Shown here in pieces: positions 13,382 to 27,309 of a DNA stretch of 64,000 nucleotides. The stretch is taken from NCBI RefSeq assembly GCF_009914755.1, contig NC_060945.1; one strand, given 5' to 3'. The notes beneath the pieces are model-generated. The model was not told the origin of the DNA and searched no databases. It worked only from the letters and a program-made list of their open reading frames with translations. Position numbers and translations under genes: made by a program. Source of the stretch: the human T2T-CHM13v2.0 reference genome, Homo sapiens. How positions within the stretch are numbered: the first letter of the stretch is position 1; each line of letters opens with the position of its first letter.

Positions 13382-13879
13382 TGTATTTGTTTTCAGTTGT
13401 TCCTATAACAAATTATCATAAATCTATAGTGAGTTAAAAATACAAAAAAAAAAAAAAAAAAACCCCACATTATTATCTAACAGTTCTGGAGGACACCAAA
13501 AGTACAAACAGTTCTCACAGAGCTAAAATCAAGATGATGGCCTATCTGCATTGTCTCTGAAGACTTTAGAGGACAAGATGTTCCTTGATTTTTACAGCTT
13601 CTAGAGGCTGCCCACATCTTAATTCATGAGCACATTCCTCCAACCTCTGCTTCTATAACCACATACACTTCTTGACTTTGACCTTCCCATCTCCCTCTTA
13701 GGAGGATCCTTGTGACTATAGTGGGGCTACCCAGGTATGCCAGGATAATCTCTTCATCTCAAGATTCTTAACTTAATCACATCTGCAAATTTCCTGTTAT
13801 CATGGTAACATATTCACAGGTTTCTAGGATTAGGATATGGACATCTTTGGCAAGGAGGAGGCATTATTCGGCCTACACA
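13382..13879 (-). mobile_element. MLT1D-like solo LTR, inserted into the 3' end of an older MLT1 LTR (remnant to about 13950)
   Basis: caggataatctcttcatctcaagattcttaacttaatcacatctgcaaa...ggattaggatatggacatctttgg...cattattcggcctacaca. Confidence 0.8.
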
Positions 13880-14716
13880 TATTTATGTAACCATTAAGAT
13901 TTGGGGTCATATTTACTGTTAAAGCATAGCCTACTCTATTGTGATTAACAAACTAATCAAGTTTTATTCACCAAAATGTCAACATGAAAATCTTTGTAGA
14001 TATGCAATGGCTCAAATATGCTATGATTATTCCCCCTCTTAAAAACATACAATTGAAAACATACCTTTTTATTTGAGAAATAAACAAAAATTTCCAACTC
14101 AATACTGTAGCCATGGTTTAAATGGACTTATCAGGCATGGACCTCAAATTTAAGAACTGGTGTGCAACAGCTCACCCAATTTTTCTTTTACTGCTTTTGT
14201 TTCAGTCCCCACACCAAGAGTATACTTGCTAGAACATATTCCTCTGTTCATAATTTTCCCTGACTTTCTTATTTTGACAAGTATGAAAGAACAAACAGCT
14301 GGTGTGTTCTAGACTCAGAATTGCTAGATCGAATTTGGCCTTTCAAATGGTTGACAGAACATTCTTTTGAAGAATTTCTAAATAAAAATTGTCATTCTTT
14401 TTCCTCTCAGTGTTTTATGAGGCAACATAATGACTATCTACTTTGTTGAAGAACCTAGAGGTAATATTCTGCATGTTCAAATCCTATGGTAAATTTCCTG
14501 CTCACTGAGTTACAGTCATCGTCAAAATACTGAAATCTGTGGCAGCTATCATATGTTCTTTTATTATTATCTTTCCACATATTTGCTTCTGTTACCATAT
14601 TGGTCAGAGCACGTTAACTACTTTAGCAAACAACTCCAAGTCTTATTGGTTTCAGACAATTTAGCTTTACTGCTAGTTCATGTCATGGTCTGAAGCAGAC
14701 TGGCACTATGGGAGTA

Positions 14717-16981
14717 TGTACCAGTGAGCTTAGCCAGCCATAATAAGTACCACAGATGGGGGAGCTTAAACAATAGAACATTATTTTCTTACAGTTCTGG
14801 AGGATTAGAAATTCAAGACAAAGATGCTGGTCAATTTGATTTCTAATGAGGGCTCTCTACTTGGCTTATAGACAGTTGCCTTCTCACTATTTGACGTGTC
14901 CTCAATGGTGGAGAGAAAGACAGAGAGAGAGAGATCTCTTTTTCCCTTTTCTTTTGTTATTCTTATTATTAATTTTTGTGGTTATATAGTAGGTGTATAC
15001 ATTTACGTGGTACATGAGATGTTTCAATACAAGCATGGAATGTGAAATAAGCACTTATGAAGAATGGGATATCCATTCCCTCAAGCATTTATCTTTTCAG
15101 TTACAAAAAATCCAACTATACTCTTTATTTGAAAATGTATAATTGTTATTATTGACTATAGTCACCCTATTGTGCTATCAAATAGAGGTCTTATTCATTC
15201 TAATTTTTGTACCCATTAACCATCCCCACCTCCCCCTAAATCCCGCAGTACCCTTCCTAGCATCTGGTAACCATCCTTCCACTCTCTGTGTTCATGAGTT
15301 CAATTGTTTTGATTTGTATATCCCATAAATAAATGAGAACATGTGATGTTTGTCTTTCTGTGCCTGGCTTATTTTACTTAATATTATGATCTTCAGTTCC
15401 ACCCATGTTGTTGCAAATGACAGGTTCTCATTCTTTTTTTAAATGGCTGAATAGTGCTCCCTTGTTTATAAGTACTACATTTTCTTTATCTATTCCTCTG
15501 TTGATGGACACTTAGGTTGCTTCCAAATCTTAACTCCTGTAAACAGTGCTGCAACAAACATAGGAATGCAGATTCTCTTTGATATACTGGCTTCCTTTCT
15601 TTTGGGTATATACTCAGCAGTGGTATTGCTGGATCATATGGTACCTCAATTTTTAGTTTTTTTGAGGAATCTCCAAACAGTGCTCCATGGTGCCTGTACA
15701 AATTTACATGACTACGAACAGTGTACAAGGATTCCTTTTTCTCCACATTCTCACCAGCATTTGTTATTGCCTGTCTTTTGAAGATAGGCCATTTTAACTG
15801 GGGTGAGGTTATATGTAATTTGTAGTTTTGATTTGCATTTCTTTGATGATCAGTGATGTTGAGCACCTTTTCATATCTATGTTTGCCTTTGTATGTCTTC
15901 TTTGAGAAATTCCTATGAAAATATTGTGCCCACTTTTTCATTGAATTACTAGATTTTTTACTACAGAATTCCAGATCTAGAGGATAGGCTTTCAGTTATT
16001 CCCCATTCTTTATGATAACTAGCTGTGAGTCCGTAGAATATGGCTTTAATTATGATGAGGTATGTTTCTCCTATCCCCATTGATAGTGAATGGTCTTTCT
16101 AATGTATGGTTGCATTTGGTTTGCGAGTATTTTGTTGAGTATTTTTGCATCAGTATTCATCAGATGTATTGGTCTGTAGTTTTCTTTTTTTGATGTGTCT
16201 TTGTCTGGATTTCATATCAGGGTAATCTGGGCCTCATGGAATGAGTTTGGAAGCATTTCCTCCTCTATTTCTCAGAATAATTTGTGTAACATTGGTATTA
16301 GTTCTTCCTTAAATGTTTGGTAGAATTCAGCAGTGAAGCCACCAGGTACCGGGCTTTTCTTTACTGGGGGACCTTTTATTAGAGCTTCAATCTCATTACT
16401 TGTTATTGGTCTGTTCAGGTTTTGGATTTCCTTTTGGTTCAATCTTGGTAGGTTGCATGTGTCTAGGAATTTGTTTATTTCTTCTATATTTTTCAATCCA
16501 TTGGTATATATTTGCTCAGAGTAGCCATTAATGATCCATTGAATTCCTGCAGTATGAGTTGTTGTGTCTCCTTTTACATTTCTGATTTCATTTGAAACTT
16601 ATCTTTTTTTCAGTTAATCTGACTAAAGGTTTGTCAATTTTGCTTAGGGTTTCAAGGAAGCAACTTTTTGTTCCATTGATCTTTTTTGTTCTTTTTTTCA
16701 TTTCAATTTTATTTCTTTCTGCTCTGATCTTTATTATTTATTTTCTTCTACTACTTTTGGGTTTGTTTTGCTCTTGATTTTCTAGATCTTTAAGATGCAT
16801 TGTCAGATTGTTTATTTTTCTTCTTTTCTTATAAGGCCACCAATTCTATCACATTAGGGCCTCACCCTAATCTTAATTACCACCTAAAGACCTATTTCCA
16901 AATACAGTCCCTATGGGGGTTAGGGCTTTAACATATAAATTTGATGGGGGTGGGGGTAAGTGACAACATTTAGTCTATAGT
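14717..16981 (-). mobile_element. MLT1A-like LTR split by an L1MA: pieces at 14717-14945 and 16820-16981
   Basis: aagtaccacagatgggggagcttaaacaatagaa...cagttctggagg...; cttataaggccaccaattc...tagggctttaacatataaatttg...catttagtctatag. Confidence 0.75.
14950..16820 (-). mobile_element. L1MA1-3-like fragment (3'UTR plus ORF2 pieces, internal deletion near 15965)
   Basis: Antisense 3'UTR (atatagtaggtgtatacattt...ccctcaagcatttatc); ORF2 relic peptides in ORFs 15486-15941 and 16272-16496 (KFLDTCNLPRLNQKEIQNLNRPI...GFTAEFYQTFKEEL). Confidence 0.9.
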
Positions 16982-17329
16982 GGAGTGAAAGGGTCTACTC
17001 CATTAGAGTTTAAATTCTGGCTCCTTAATGTTTGTATTATCTACCATTTTCTCAGACATCAGAACTCTTTACTACATCCTCATCATTGTCTGCAGTAAAG
17101 GGATGTGGAGCACCATGGGATGGCCCAGAAGAATTTAGATCCTACCTGAAAGCAGTGTGTGCCACTTTAACCCACTACATAAGTCTGGCTAGAACCCAGA
17201 CTTATGGCCACACAAGAAATTCAGTTGAGAAATTCAGTTTAGACATGGAACCAAGTAGAGAAGAGAAAATAGGCATTGATGTATACCGGCAGTCTCTGCT
17301 TCCATAACTCTTCTTTAAAAATATGTATA

Positions 17330-18508
17330 TTTAGGAAGCCACTAAAAAAACTATCAGAACTAAGAAATGAACTCAACAAGCTTGCAGAGTATAAAGCAAT
17401 AAACAAAATAAATTTTATTTCTATTGATGAATAAGTAACAAAATTAAGAAGATAATCCCATTAAGAATAACATAAAAATAATAAAATCTTTAGGAATGAA
17501 TTTCATTAAAAAAATTCAAAATGAATACAGAAAAATCAACTGTATTTCTACACACTAGAAATGGGCAATCTAAAATGAAATGACAAAAATGATTTTATTT
17601 TCCATACCATCAAAAAGAATAAAATACTTAGGAATAAATGTAAAAAAGAAGTGCAAAATAAATATTGTAAAAACTACTGAACACTGTTGATGAAAACTGA
17701 GAAACATCTAATTAGAAACACTCATGTTCATGGATCACAAGACAATATTGTGAAGAATGGCAATACATTTCAAATTGACCTACAGATTCAGCAAAATGTC
17801 GATCAAAGTAACTTATGGCTTTTTTGCAGAAATTGACAGGCTAATCCTAAAATTCACATGAAAATTTAAAGGTAGCCAAAACAATCTTGAAAAAGGAGAA
17901 CAAAGTTAAAGGAGTTTCACTTTTTCATTTCAAGACTTATTTCAAAGCTACAGTCATCAAGACAGTGCTGTAGTGGCATAAGAATAGACAAATACATTAA
18001 TATAATCTAATTAAGAGTCCAGATGTAAACCCTTACAATTTGCAGCCAATTTATTTCAAACAAGGATCCCAACACAATTCAATGGGGAGAATAACAGACA
18101 TTTCAGCAAAAGGTATCTACATGCAAAAGAATGAATTTGGTCAGCTTCCTTATATTTCAAGTGGATGAAATCTAAATATAAAAGCTATAAAATTCTTGAA
18201 AGGAAACATAGGCATACATCATGATTTGAGGTAAAAAAAAGAAAAAATGATAATTTGAACTTTATGAAAATTGAACTTTCGAGTTGCAAAAGAATATCAT
18301 CAAGAAAATGAACAGTGGTCCATTTTTCACTGCTCCATGTGCTCTGTTGCAGGAGATCAAGATAACTCCACCACAGCGTCTGTCACCCTGTGACCAACAG
18401 GTAGCCAAAACAATCTTGAAAAAGGAGAACAAAGTTGGAGGGCTTCTACTTTTTACTTTCAAATCTTACTGCAAATCTACAGTAATCAAGACAATGTGGT
18501 ACTGGAAG
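17330..18508 (+). mobile_element. Old L1M (MB/MC-like) ORF2 fragments
   Basis: aaatacttaggaataaat...catgttcatggatcacaagacaatattg...gccaaaacaatcttgaaaaaggagaacaaagtt. Confidence 0.75.
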
Positions 18509-19187
18509 CAGGGAAATGATGGCCAACTAGAGACAAAAGATGCAAGCTTCCCTCAGAAAGATCAAAATTATAAGTGAATGGTCATTCCAGGAGTGGAAAG
18601 CTGAGGAAAGAGTGCTGAAACCTGTCAGACAACCCATGGGAAGAAGCTGGAGTGCAGAAAGGGAAGGCAGCAAGAATCTGGCAGAGATTGGACTCCAGGG
18701 AACCTGGAGTCCCATGCAAAGGATAGGGGTGGGTATTCTTTTCTCTCCTCTCCCCTGCAACAAACTGCTGACCACTGAATTGTCCAGGAGCCTCTCTGCC
18801 CTCTTGAGCCCAGGACTCAAGGACTACTGTCCTTGACAATTTGCGAGCTTCCTGGGGGCAGAGCACCAGGTGACCAGCTCCTGCAAGTGCACTAGCACTC
18901 CGTCATACCCAAATTGAGGCAGCAGACACTGTACTGGTTGTGCCTCCATCAAGGACAACTACCTGGGGAATCTCAGGGTTGCCTTATCCCCAGATGCCCC
19001 ACAAATGTTCTCCAGAATCTGCTCTGGCTTTGGCAGTCATGGGGGACCAGTGATTCCCTGGAGATCTAGCCCTTAGGATGGACAGCCCCTAGGGGAGGGG
19101 AGCGTGCCTCACCAAATCCCCCTTGGGATAAAGGAATCACAGCATAGTGCAGTTCTCCCAAGAGGGGAAGCATTGTTCTGTCCCAGC

Positions 19188-19547
19188 TGTACTAGTTTGT
19201 TCTCACACTGCTAATAAAGACATGCCTGAGACTGGGTGATTTATGAAGGAAACTGGTTTAATTTGACTCACAGTTCCACATGGCTGGGGATGCTCCACAA
19301 TCATGGCAGAAGGTGAATGAGGAACAAAGTCACGTCTTACATGGAGGTAGGCAGGAGAACATGTGCAGGGGAACTCCCCTTTATAAAACCATCAGATCTC
19401 ATAAGACTTATTCACTATCACAAGAACAGCATGGGAAAAACACACTTCCATGATTCAATTACCTCCAGCCAGGTCCCTCCCACAACACGTGGGGTTATTA
19501 CAATTCAAGGTGATATTTGGGTGGGGACACAGAGGCAAACCATATCA
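19188..19547 (-). mobile_element. THE1B/C solo LTR
   Basis: tgtactagtttgttctcacactgctaataaagac...ggggacacagaggcaaaccatatca; perfect TSD CCAGC. Confidence 0.93.
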
Positions 19548-21474
19548 CCAGCAGACAAGCAGCACTAGTGGCTGGGAGCAGACATGGAGAGGGTACCACC
19601 TCTTACTCCCTCACACTGCTGCAGACACAGCTGAGGCCTTTCCTGCTGGGGGCTGGCACAAGTGCGCTTAGAGACAGCCTTTCCAGTGCTATTCATGGCT
19701 GCTGCACCCAGGTTGAAAGTGTGCTTGTGGTCCTGGGTGTCAGGAAGTGTAGGATAATCTCCTGCTCCCTACACCAAGTGGCAGCATTCCTGCCATCGAG
19801 GGCAGCTTCAGAGCTCCTTTTTTTTTGGATTGGGGGGAAGGTGTTCTGCCCTGAGTCCATGTCAGAGGTAGCCACAAGAGGGGCATTTCCCACAGACCTC
19901 AGATGCATTGAGGCCCAGAGAGAAAGGACAGGGTATATCTAAACTGAAGTTCATGAGCCCTATTCACTAACAGGGGCCTGATAGTGAACTAAATCATGTT
20001 TCTTCCTGCTCAGGACAAAGAGCTGAGACAGCCCCTTCTCTCTCACCCCAGACCTCAGTGCCTCCCACCAAGAACTTCCTCTGCTATCCTGTCGGGGTGG
20101 GTGCTTCCACTCATCATCAGTGTTCCCGATGGCAAGCTAACCCTTGCTCTTAAATCACCACCTACTGGACTGGAGACCAAACTGCAATACCAAATAAAAA
20201 CCTTGCTGACAGAAGGCCACAGTACCAGGGTACAAAAGAAGCTTCCTGAGACACCTGCATTCCCAGCCCCACAGAAGATAGTGAGTCAGCTCATCCACCC
20301 AGTACATAGCTACAACAAGTAGAATTTGAGGAAGCCATGAGGCAAAAGCTATCTATAACAAATGAACCCACACAGAGCCTTGGTCCCCTGAAAGCACCCA
20401 GAAACAAAGCCAAATGATCACATACAACATACATTACAGTCAGCCCCTCAAGGGAGAAACATTTTTTTTAAAGTCCCAATTAAATGATAGCAATTCCAAA
20501 AATAAGAAGTGACAGCTTCTTCAGATGAGAAGAAATCAGCACAAAAACTCTTGACAATACAAAAAGACAGAGTATTTCAACACCCCCAGGGAACTATGCT
20601 AGCTCTATGGCAATGGATTCTAACCAAAATGAAACTTCTAAAATGGCAGATAAAGAATTCAAAATGTGAATTGTAAGGAAGCTCAGTGAAATCCAAGAGA
20701 AAGTTGAAAACCAACAGAAATAAACCAAAAAGGCAATTTAGGATATGAAAGATGTGATAGATATAGGTTAAAAAAAAGAAAAAAAAAACAGAACCTCTAG
20801 AAATGAAAAATTCAGTGAAGAAATTTCAACTTACAATTGAAAACTTTAACAACAGATTAGAACAAGCAGAAGAAAGAAATGAAGAGCTTAAAGACCAGTC
20901 TTTTGAATTAACCCAGTCAGACAAAAGTAAAGAAAATTGAATTTAATTAAATGAACAAAGACTTTGAGAAATATGGGATTATGTAAAGTGACCAAACCTA
21001 TGATGTGTAGGCATTTCTAGGAGAGAAGGGCATTATATAATAATAAAACATTGAAAACAACAAGCAGATTCAACCATCTTAAATAGATAAGCACCCAACC
21101 CTGGAGCACATGGATTCATAATACAAATACTATTACATCTAAGAAAAGAGATAGATGGCAATACAATAATACTGGAGAATTTCAACATTTCACTGACAGC
21201 ACTAGATAGATCACAGAGACAGTAAATCAACAAAAACAAAAACAACAAAAACCTCTGGACTTACACTGTACTCTAGACCATATGGACCTAATATTCATTT
21301 GCAGAACACTCAACCCAACAAACACAGAATATACATTTTTCCCATCTGTGCATGGAACATTCTACAAAATTCATTGTATGCCTGGCCATAAAGCAAGTCT
21401 CAATAAATTCAAAAAAAATCAAAATCTTATCAAGTATCATCTCAGACCACAGTGCAATTAGAAATCAATACCAA

Positions 21475-21611
21475 TTAGCCAGACGTGGCAGTGCGCACCT
21501 GTAGTCCTAGCTACTTGGGAGGCTGAGGCTTGAACCTGGGAGGCAGAGGCTGCAGTGAGCCAACATCGCACCACTGCACTCCAGCCTAGGCGACAGGGTG
21601 AGACTCTGACT

Positions 21612-21653
<42 letters not shown>

Positions 21654-21659
21654 AGAAAA
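21475..21659 (+). mobile_element. 5'-truncated Alu (right arm only) with A40 tail
   Basis: Right monomer with a small internal deletion; 15-bp TSD agaaatcaataccaa at 21460-21474 and 21660-21674. Confidence 0.92.
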
Positions 21660-22605
21660 AGAAATCAATACCAAGAGGAATTCTCAAAACTACACAAATA
21701 CATGAAAACTACAACACTTGCTCCTCATTGGCTTTTGAGTAAATAACTAAATTAAGACAGAAATTTTAAAAAAATTAAATGAAAACAGAGATACAACAGA
21801 CCAAAACCTTTGGGATACAGCCAAAACAGTACTAAGAAGAAAGTTTATAGTGTTAATTGCCTATTTTAAAAAGATAGAAAGATTTCAAATTGACAACATG
21901 ATATTGTACCTCAAGGAAACAGAACAACAAGAACAAACCAAATCCAAAGCTAACACAGAAAAGGAATAACAAAGATCAGAGAAGAAGTAAATAAGATTGA
22001 GACCAGAAAAATGATACAAAGAATCAAGAAAATGAAAACTTGGTTCTTCCATAGAATGAAAAAAATTGATAGACCACAAGCTAGATTAACCAAGATAAAA
22101 AGAAAGAAGATTCAAATAAGCACAATAAGAAATGATAAGGGTAATATTACAACTGATAAACTGATACCACAGAAATACAAAAGCTCATCAGAGACTACAA
22201 TGAACATCTCTCCATCTCTACATACACAAAACCAAAAACCGGGAGTAAATGGATAAATTTCTGGAAATATATCAACCATCAAGAATGAATCAGAAATAAA
22301 TAAATATCCTGAACAAACTAATAATGATTAATTAAATTCCAACAGTTATATAAAATCTCTCAACAGAAAAGCCTAGGACCAGATGGATTCATAGCTGAGT
22401 TTTACCAGATGTCAAAGAGGAGCTGGTACAAATATTTCTGAAAGTATTCCAAAAAATTGAGGAGAAAGGCTCCTCCTTAATGCATTCTATGAAACCAGTA
22501 TCACCAGATAACAAAATCACTCAAAAACACAACAGAAAAGATAACAATAAGCCAATATCCCTGATGAACATACATGCAAATATTCTCAACAAAATTCTAG
22601 CAAAC

Positions 22606-24900
22606 TGTATTCGTACATTTTCACGCTGCTGATAAAGACATACCTGAGACTGGGAAGAAAGAGAGGTTTAATTGGGCTTGCAGTTCCACATGGCTGGGGA
22701 TGCCTCAGAATCATGATACAACAGATCATGGTGGGAGGTGAAAGGCACTTCTTACATGGCGATGGTAAGAGAAAATGAGAAACATGGTAAGCAGAAACCC
22801 CTGATAAAACCATCAGATCTCGTGAGACTTATTCACTATCATGAGAACAGTATTGAGGAAACTGCTTCCATGATTCAGATTATCTCCCAAGGGATCCCTC
22901 CCACAACATGTGGGAATTATAGGAGTACAATTCAACATGAGATTTGGGTGGGGACACAAAGCCAAACCATATCGTTTTACCCCGACCCCTCCAAATCTCG
23001 TGTCCTCACATTTCAAAACCAATCCCTGCCTTTCCAACAGTCCCCCAAAGCCTTAACTCATTTCAGCATTAACCCAAAATTTCACAGTCCAATGTCTCAT
23101 CTGAGACAAGGCAAGTCTTTTCAGCCTATGAGCCTGTAAAATCAAAAGCAAGCTAATTACTTTCTAGATACAATGGTGGTACAGGTATTGGGTAAATACA
23201 GCCATTCCAAATGGGAGAAATTGGCCCAAACAAATGGGCTACAGGGCCCATGCCAGTCCAAAATCCAGCGAGGCAGTCAAATTTTAATGCTCCAGAATGA
23301 TCTCCTTTGACTCCAGGTCTCACATCCAGGTAATGCTGATGCAAGAGGTGGGCTCCCATGGTCTTGGGCAGCTCTGCCTCTGTGGCTTTGCAGGGTACAG
23401 CCTCCCTCCCAGCTGTTTTCATGGGCTGGAGTTGAGTGTCTGTGGCTTTTCCAGGTGCACCGTTCAGGTGGATCTATCATTCTGGGGTCTGGAGGCTGGT
23501 GGTCCTCTTTTCACAGTTCCACTAGGTGGTGCCCTAGTAGGAACTCTGTGTGGGGGCTGCAACTCCACATTTCTCTTCTGCACTGCCCTAGCAGAGGTTC
23601 TCTATGAGAGCCCCACTCCTGCAGCAAGCTTCTGCCTGGGCATCCAGGTACTTCCATACATCTTCCAAAATCTAGACAGAGGTTCTCAAACCCCAATTCT
23701 TGACTTCGTTGCACCTGCAGGCTCAACACCATGTGGAAGCTGCCAAGCCTTGGGGCTTCCACCTTCTGAAGCCACAGCCTGAGCTCTACATTGGCCCCTT
23801 TCAGCCATGCCTGGAGCAGCTGGGACACAGGGCACTAAGCCCCTAGAGTGCACACAGCACAGGGACCCTGGGCCCTGCCCACAAAACCATTTTTTCTTCC
23901 TAGACCTCTGGGTCTGTGATGGGAGAGGCTGCAACAAATGTCTCTGACATGCCCTGGAGCTATTTTCTCCATTGTGGCTTGGGGATTAACATCAGGCTCC
24001 TCATTACTTATGCAAATATCTGCAGCTGGCTTGAATTTCTCCTCGGAAAATGGAATTTTCTTTTCTATCACATTGTCAGGCTGCAAATTTTCTGAACTTT
24101 TATGTTCTGCTTCCCTTTTAAAATCGAATGCCTTTAATAGCACCCAAGTCACCTCTTGAATGCTTTGCTTCTTAGAAATTTCTTCCATCAGATACCCTAA
24201 ATCATCTCTCTCAAGTTCAAAGTTTCACAAATCTCTAGGGCAGGGGCAAAAATGACACCAGACTCTTTACTAAAAAATAACAAGAATCACCTTTGCTCCA
24301 ATTCCCAACAATTTTCTCATCTCCATCTGAGACCACCTCAGCCTGGACTTTATTGTTCATATCACTATCAGGCTTTTAGTCAAAGCCATTTAACAAGTCT
24401 CTAGGAAGTTTTACACTTTCCCACATCTTCCTGTCTTCTTTTGAGCCCTCCAAACTGTTCCAACCTCTGCCTCTTACCCAGTTCCAAAGTCACTTCCGCA
24501 TTTTCAGGTACATTTTCAGCAACACTCCACTCTACTGCTACCAATTTACTGTATTAGTCCGTTTTCATGCTGCTGATAATGACATGCCCAAGACTGAGAA
24601 GAAAAAGAGGTTTAATTGGACTTAGAATCCCACATGGGGAGTCCTTAGAATCATGGCGGGAGGTGAAAGGCACTTCTTACATGGCAGCAGCAGGAGAAAA
24701 TGAGAAGGATGCAAAAGCAGAAACCCCTGATAAAACCATCAGCTCTCGTGAGACTTATTCACTACCATGAGAATAACAGAAGGGAAACTGCTCCCATGAT
24801 TCAAATTATCTGTCACCAGGTCTCTCCCACAACACATGAGACTTATGGGAGTACAATTCAAGATGAGATTTGGTTGGGGGCTCAGAACTAAACTATGTCA
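22606..24900 (-). mobile_element. Full-length THE1 (THE1C-like) provirus: 3' LTR 22606-22974, internal 22975-24549, 5' LTR 24550-24900
   Basis: Paired LTRs, THE1-int sequence, perfect TSD CAAAC (22601-22605, 24901-24905) inside L1 ORF2. Confidence 0.95.
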
Positions 24901-27309
24901 CAAACCAAATCCAACATTACATGAAAAAGAAATACATCACAATCAAGTGGGTTTTTTTCCAGAGATGCAAGGATAGTTCAACATACACAAATCAATAAAT
25001 GTGATTCACCATATAAACAGAATTTAAAACAAAAACCACATAATCATCTCAATAGATGCAGAAAAAGCATTCAATAAAATCCAACTTCTCTTCAGATATA
25101 AACACTCATCACATACAAATCAGTAGAACTTACCTTGAAATAATAAGGGCCATGTATAACAAAAACCACAGCCAAGATCATTCTGAATATGGAAAAGTTG
25201 AAAACATTCCAAATAAATACCTGGGACAAAAGAAGCCGGTACATTCATACCACTCTTATTCAACATGATATTGGAAGTCCTAGCCAGCGTAATTATGGAA
25301 GAGAAAAAAATAAAAGGTATTCAAATTGGAAAAGAAGGAGTCAAGTTATCTCTGTTTGATGATGACCTTATCTTATAGCTAGAAAACCCCAAAGATTCCT
25401 TCAAAAGACTCCTAGAATTGATAAATGACTGGTAAAGTTTCAGGATACAAAATCAATCTACAAAATCAGTAGTATTTATATACACCAATAATGTTCAGGC
25501 TGAGAGCAAAATCCAGAATACAATCCCATTTACATGAGCCACAAAAAAAATTACCTAGAAATATATTTCACCAAGGAGATGAAAGAGTTCTACAAAGCAA
25601 ACGGCAAAACACTGATGAAAGTAACCATACTTGGAACAAACAAATGTGAAAACATCCCATGTTCTTGGGTTGGAAGAATCAATATCATTAAAATCATCTT
25701 ACTGCCCAAAGCAATATACAGATTCAATTTTATTCCTTTTAAATTACCAACGTCATTTTTTGCAGAATTAGAAAAAAAATCCTAAAAATCATATAGAACC
25801 AAAAAAAAGAGCCCAAATAGCTTAAACAATCCTGAGCAAAAATGGACTAAGCCAACAACATCACATTACCTGACTTCAAATTATACTACAAAGATATAGT
25901 AACCAAAACAGCAGGGTACTGAAACAAAAATAGACACATAGACAAATGGAACAGAATAGAAAATCCAGAAATAATGCCACATACCTACAACCAACTGATC
26001 TTCAACAGAGATGACAAAAATAAACAATGTAGGAAGAACACCCTATTCAATAAATGGTGTTAGAAAAATTGGTTAGCTATATGCAGAAGAATGAAACTAG
26101 ACCCCTATCTCTCACCATATACAAAAGTTAATTCAAGGTCGATTAAATACTTTAATGGAAGATCAGAAACTATAAAAATCCTAGAAAAAAATCAAGAAAA
26201 AACTTCTCCGGACATTGCCTTAGGCAAAGAATTTATAACTAAGCCTTCAAAAGCAAATGCAAGAAAAATAAACAAAAGAAATTTAATTAAACTAAAAGGA
26301 TTCTGCACAACAAAAGTACTAATTAACAGAGTAAATAAATGAGCACCCTACAGAATGCGAGAAAAAATTTGCGAATTATACCTCTGATGAATGACTAATA
26401 TCCAACAACTCAATACCAACTCAACAAGAAAAAAACAAATAACCCCATTAAAAAATGGACAAAGGAAATGAACAGACATTTCTCAAAAGAAGACATACAG
26501 GCAGTCAACAAACATATGAAAATATAATCAGCATTACTAATCATCAGATAAATGCAAATTAAAACCATAGTAAGATACCATCTTACAGCAGTAAGAATGG
26601 CTATTATTAAAAGTTAAAAAAAAACAGATATTGGCATGGATGCAGAGAAAAGGTAATGCTTATACACAGTTATGGGAATGTAAATTAGTAAAACCTCAAT
26701 GGAAAACAGTATGGAGACTTTTCAAAGAATTAAAAATAGAACTACTAGTCAACCCAGCAATCCTACTATTCGGTTCTACCCAAAGTGAAATAAATCATTA
26801 TATCAAAAAGACACCTATATTAGTATGTTTATTGCAGTGCTATACTCAATAGCAAAGTCTTGAAATCAACCTAAATGTCTCTCAATGGTTGGTTGGATAA
26901 AGAAAATGTCTCACACCATGGAATGTACACACACCATGGAATAATATACAGCCATTAAAAAGAATAAAATCATGTAATTTGTAGCAACATAGGTGGAACT
27001 GGAAGCCATTATCCTAAGTGAAATAACTGAAAAATATAAATTTAAATATTACATATTCTTAGAATTTGGATCTGAACAATGGGTACAAATGGACATAAAG
27101 ATGAAAAAAATATACATTGGGGACTCTAAAATGGGGCAAAATGGGAGACGGAATGAGGGTTAAAAAATTACCTATTGGCACAGTGTTCACTATTTTGGTG
27201 GTGGGTACTCTAGAAGCCCAAACTTCACCATTACACAATATATTCATATAACAAACCTGTACATGTATCCCCTAAAGCTAAATTTTTTTTAAAAAGAATT
27301 ATTTATTTA

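Larger units (their letters stand above)
14590..17305 (-). mobile_element. Old MLT1(J/K/L)-like LTR, split: pieces at about 14590-14716 and 16982-17305
   Basis: caaacaactccaagtcttattggtttcagacaa and tctggctagaacccagacttatggccaca...ggcagtctctgcttccata resemble old MLT1 LTRs. Confidence 0.45.
18510..27296 (+). mobile_element. Near full-length decayed L1PB (PB3/4-like) with 5'UTR, partial ORF1, ORF2 and 3'UTR, interrupted by three younger elements
   Basis: GC-richer 5'UTR to about 20500; ORF1 relic (gggattatgtaaagtgaccaaaccta); RT relic (ctgtttgatgatgacctta); C-terminal relics in ORFs 25534, 26091, 26631; L1PB 3'UTR (ggacataaagatg...tagaagcccaaacttcaccattac). Confidence 0.85.

Noticed and set aside
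14393-14466. Plus-strand exon-like segment (ttctttttcctctcAG|50 nt|GTAATA)
   Set aside because: Weak donor, stops in all three frames and no partner exons found; likely a pseudo-exon
23153-24188. Several 80-160 aa ORFs (also 9176-9918)
   Set aside because: Fragments and antisense frames of decayed THE1/MST internal sequence; no intact ORF
20500-26900. Potentially active L1 ORF1/ORF2
   Set aside because: Many stops, an internal deletion and nested insertions
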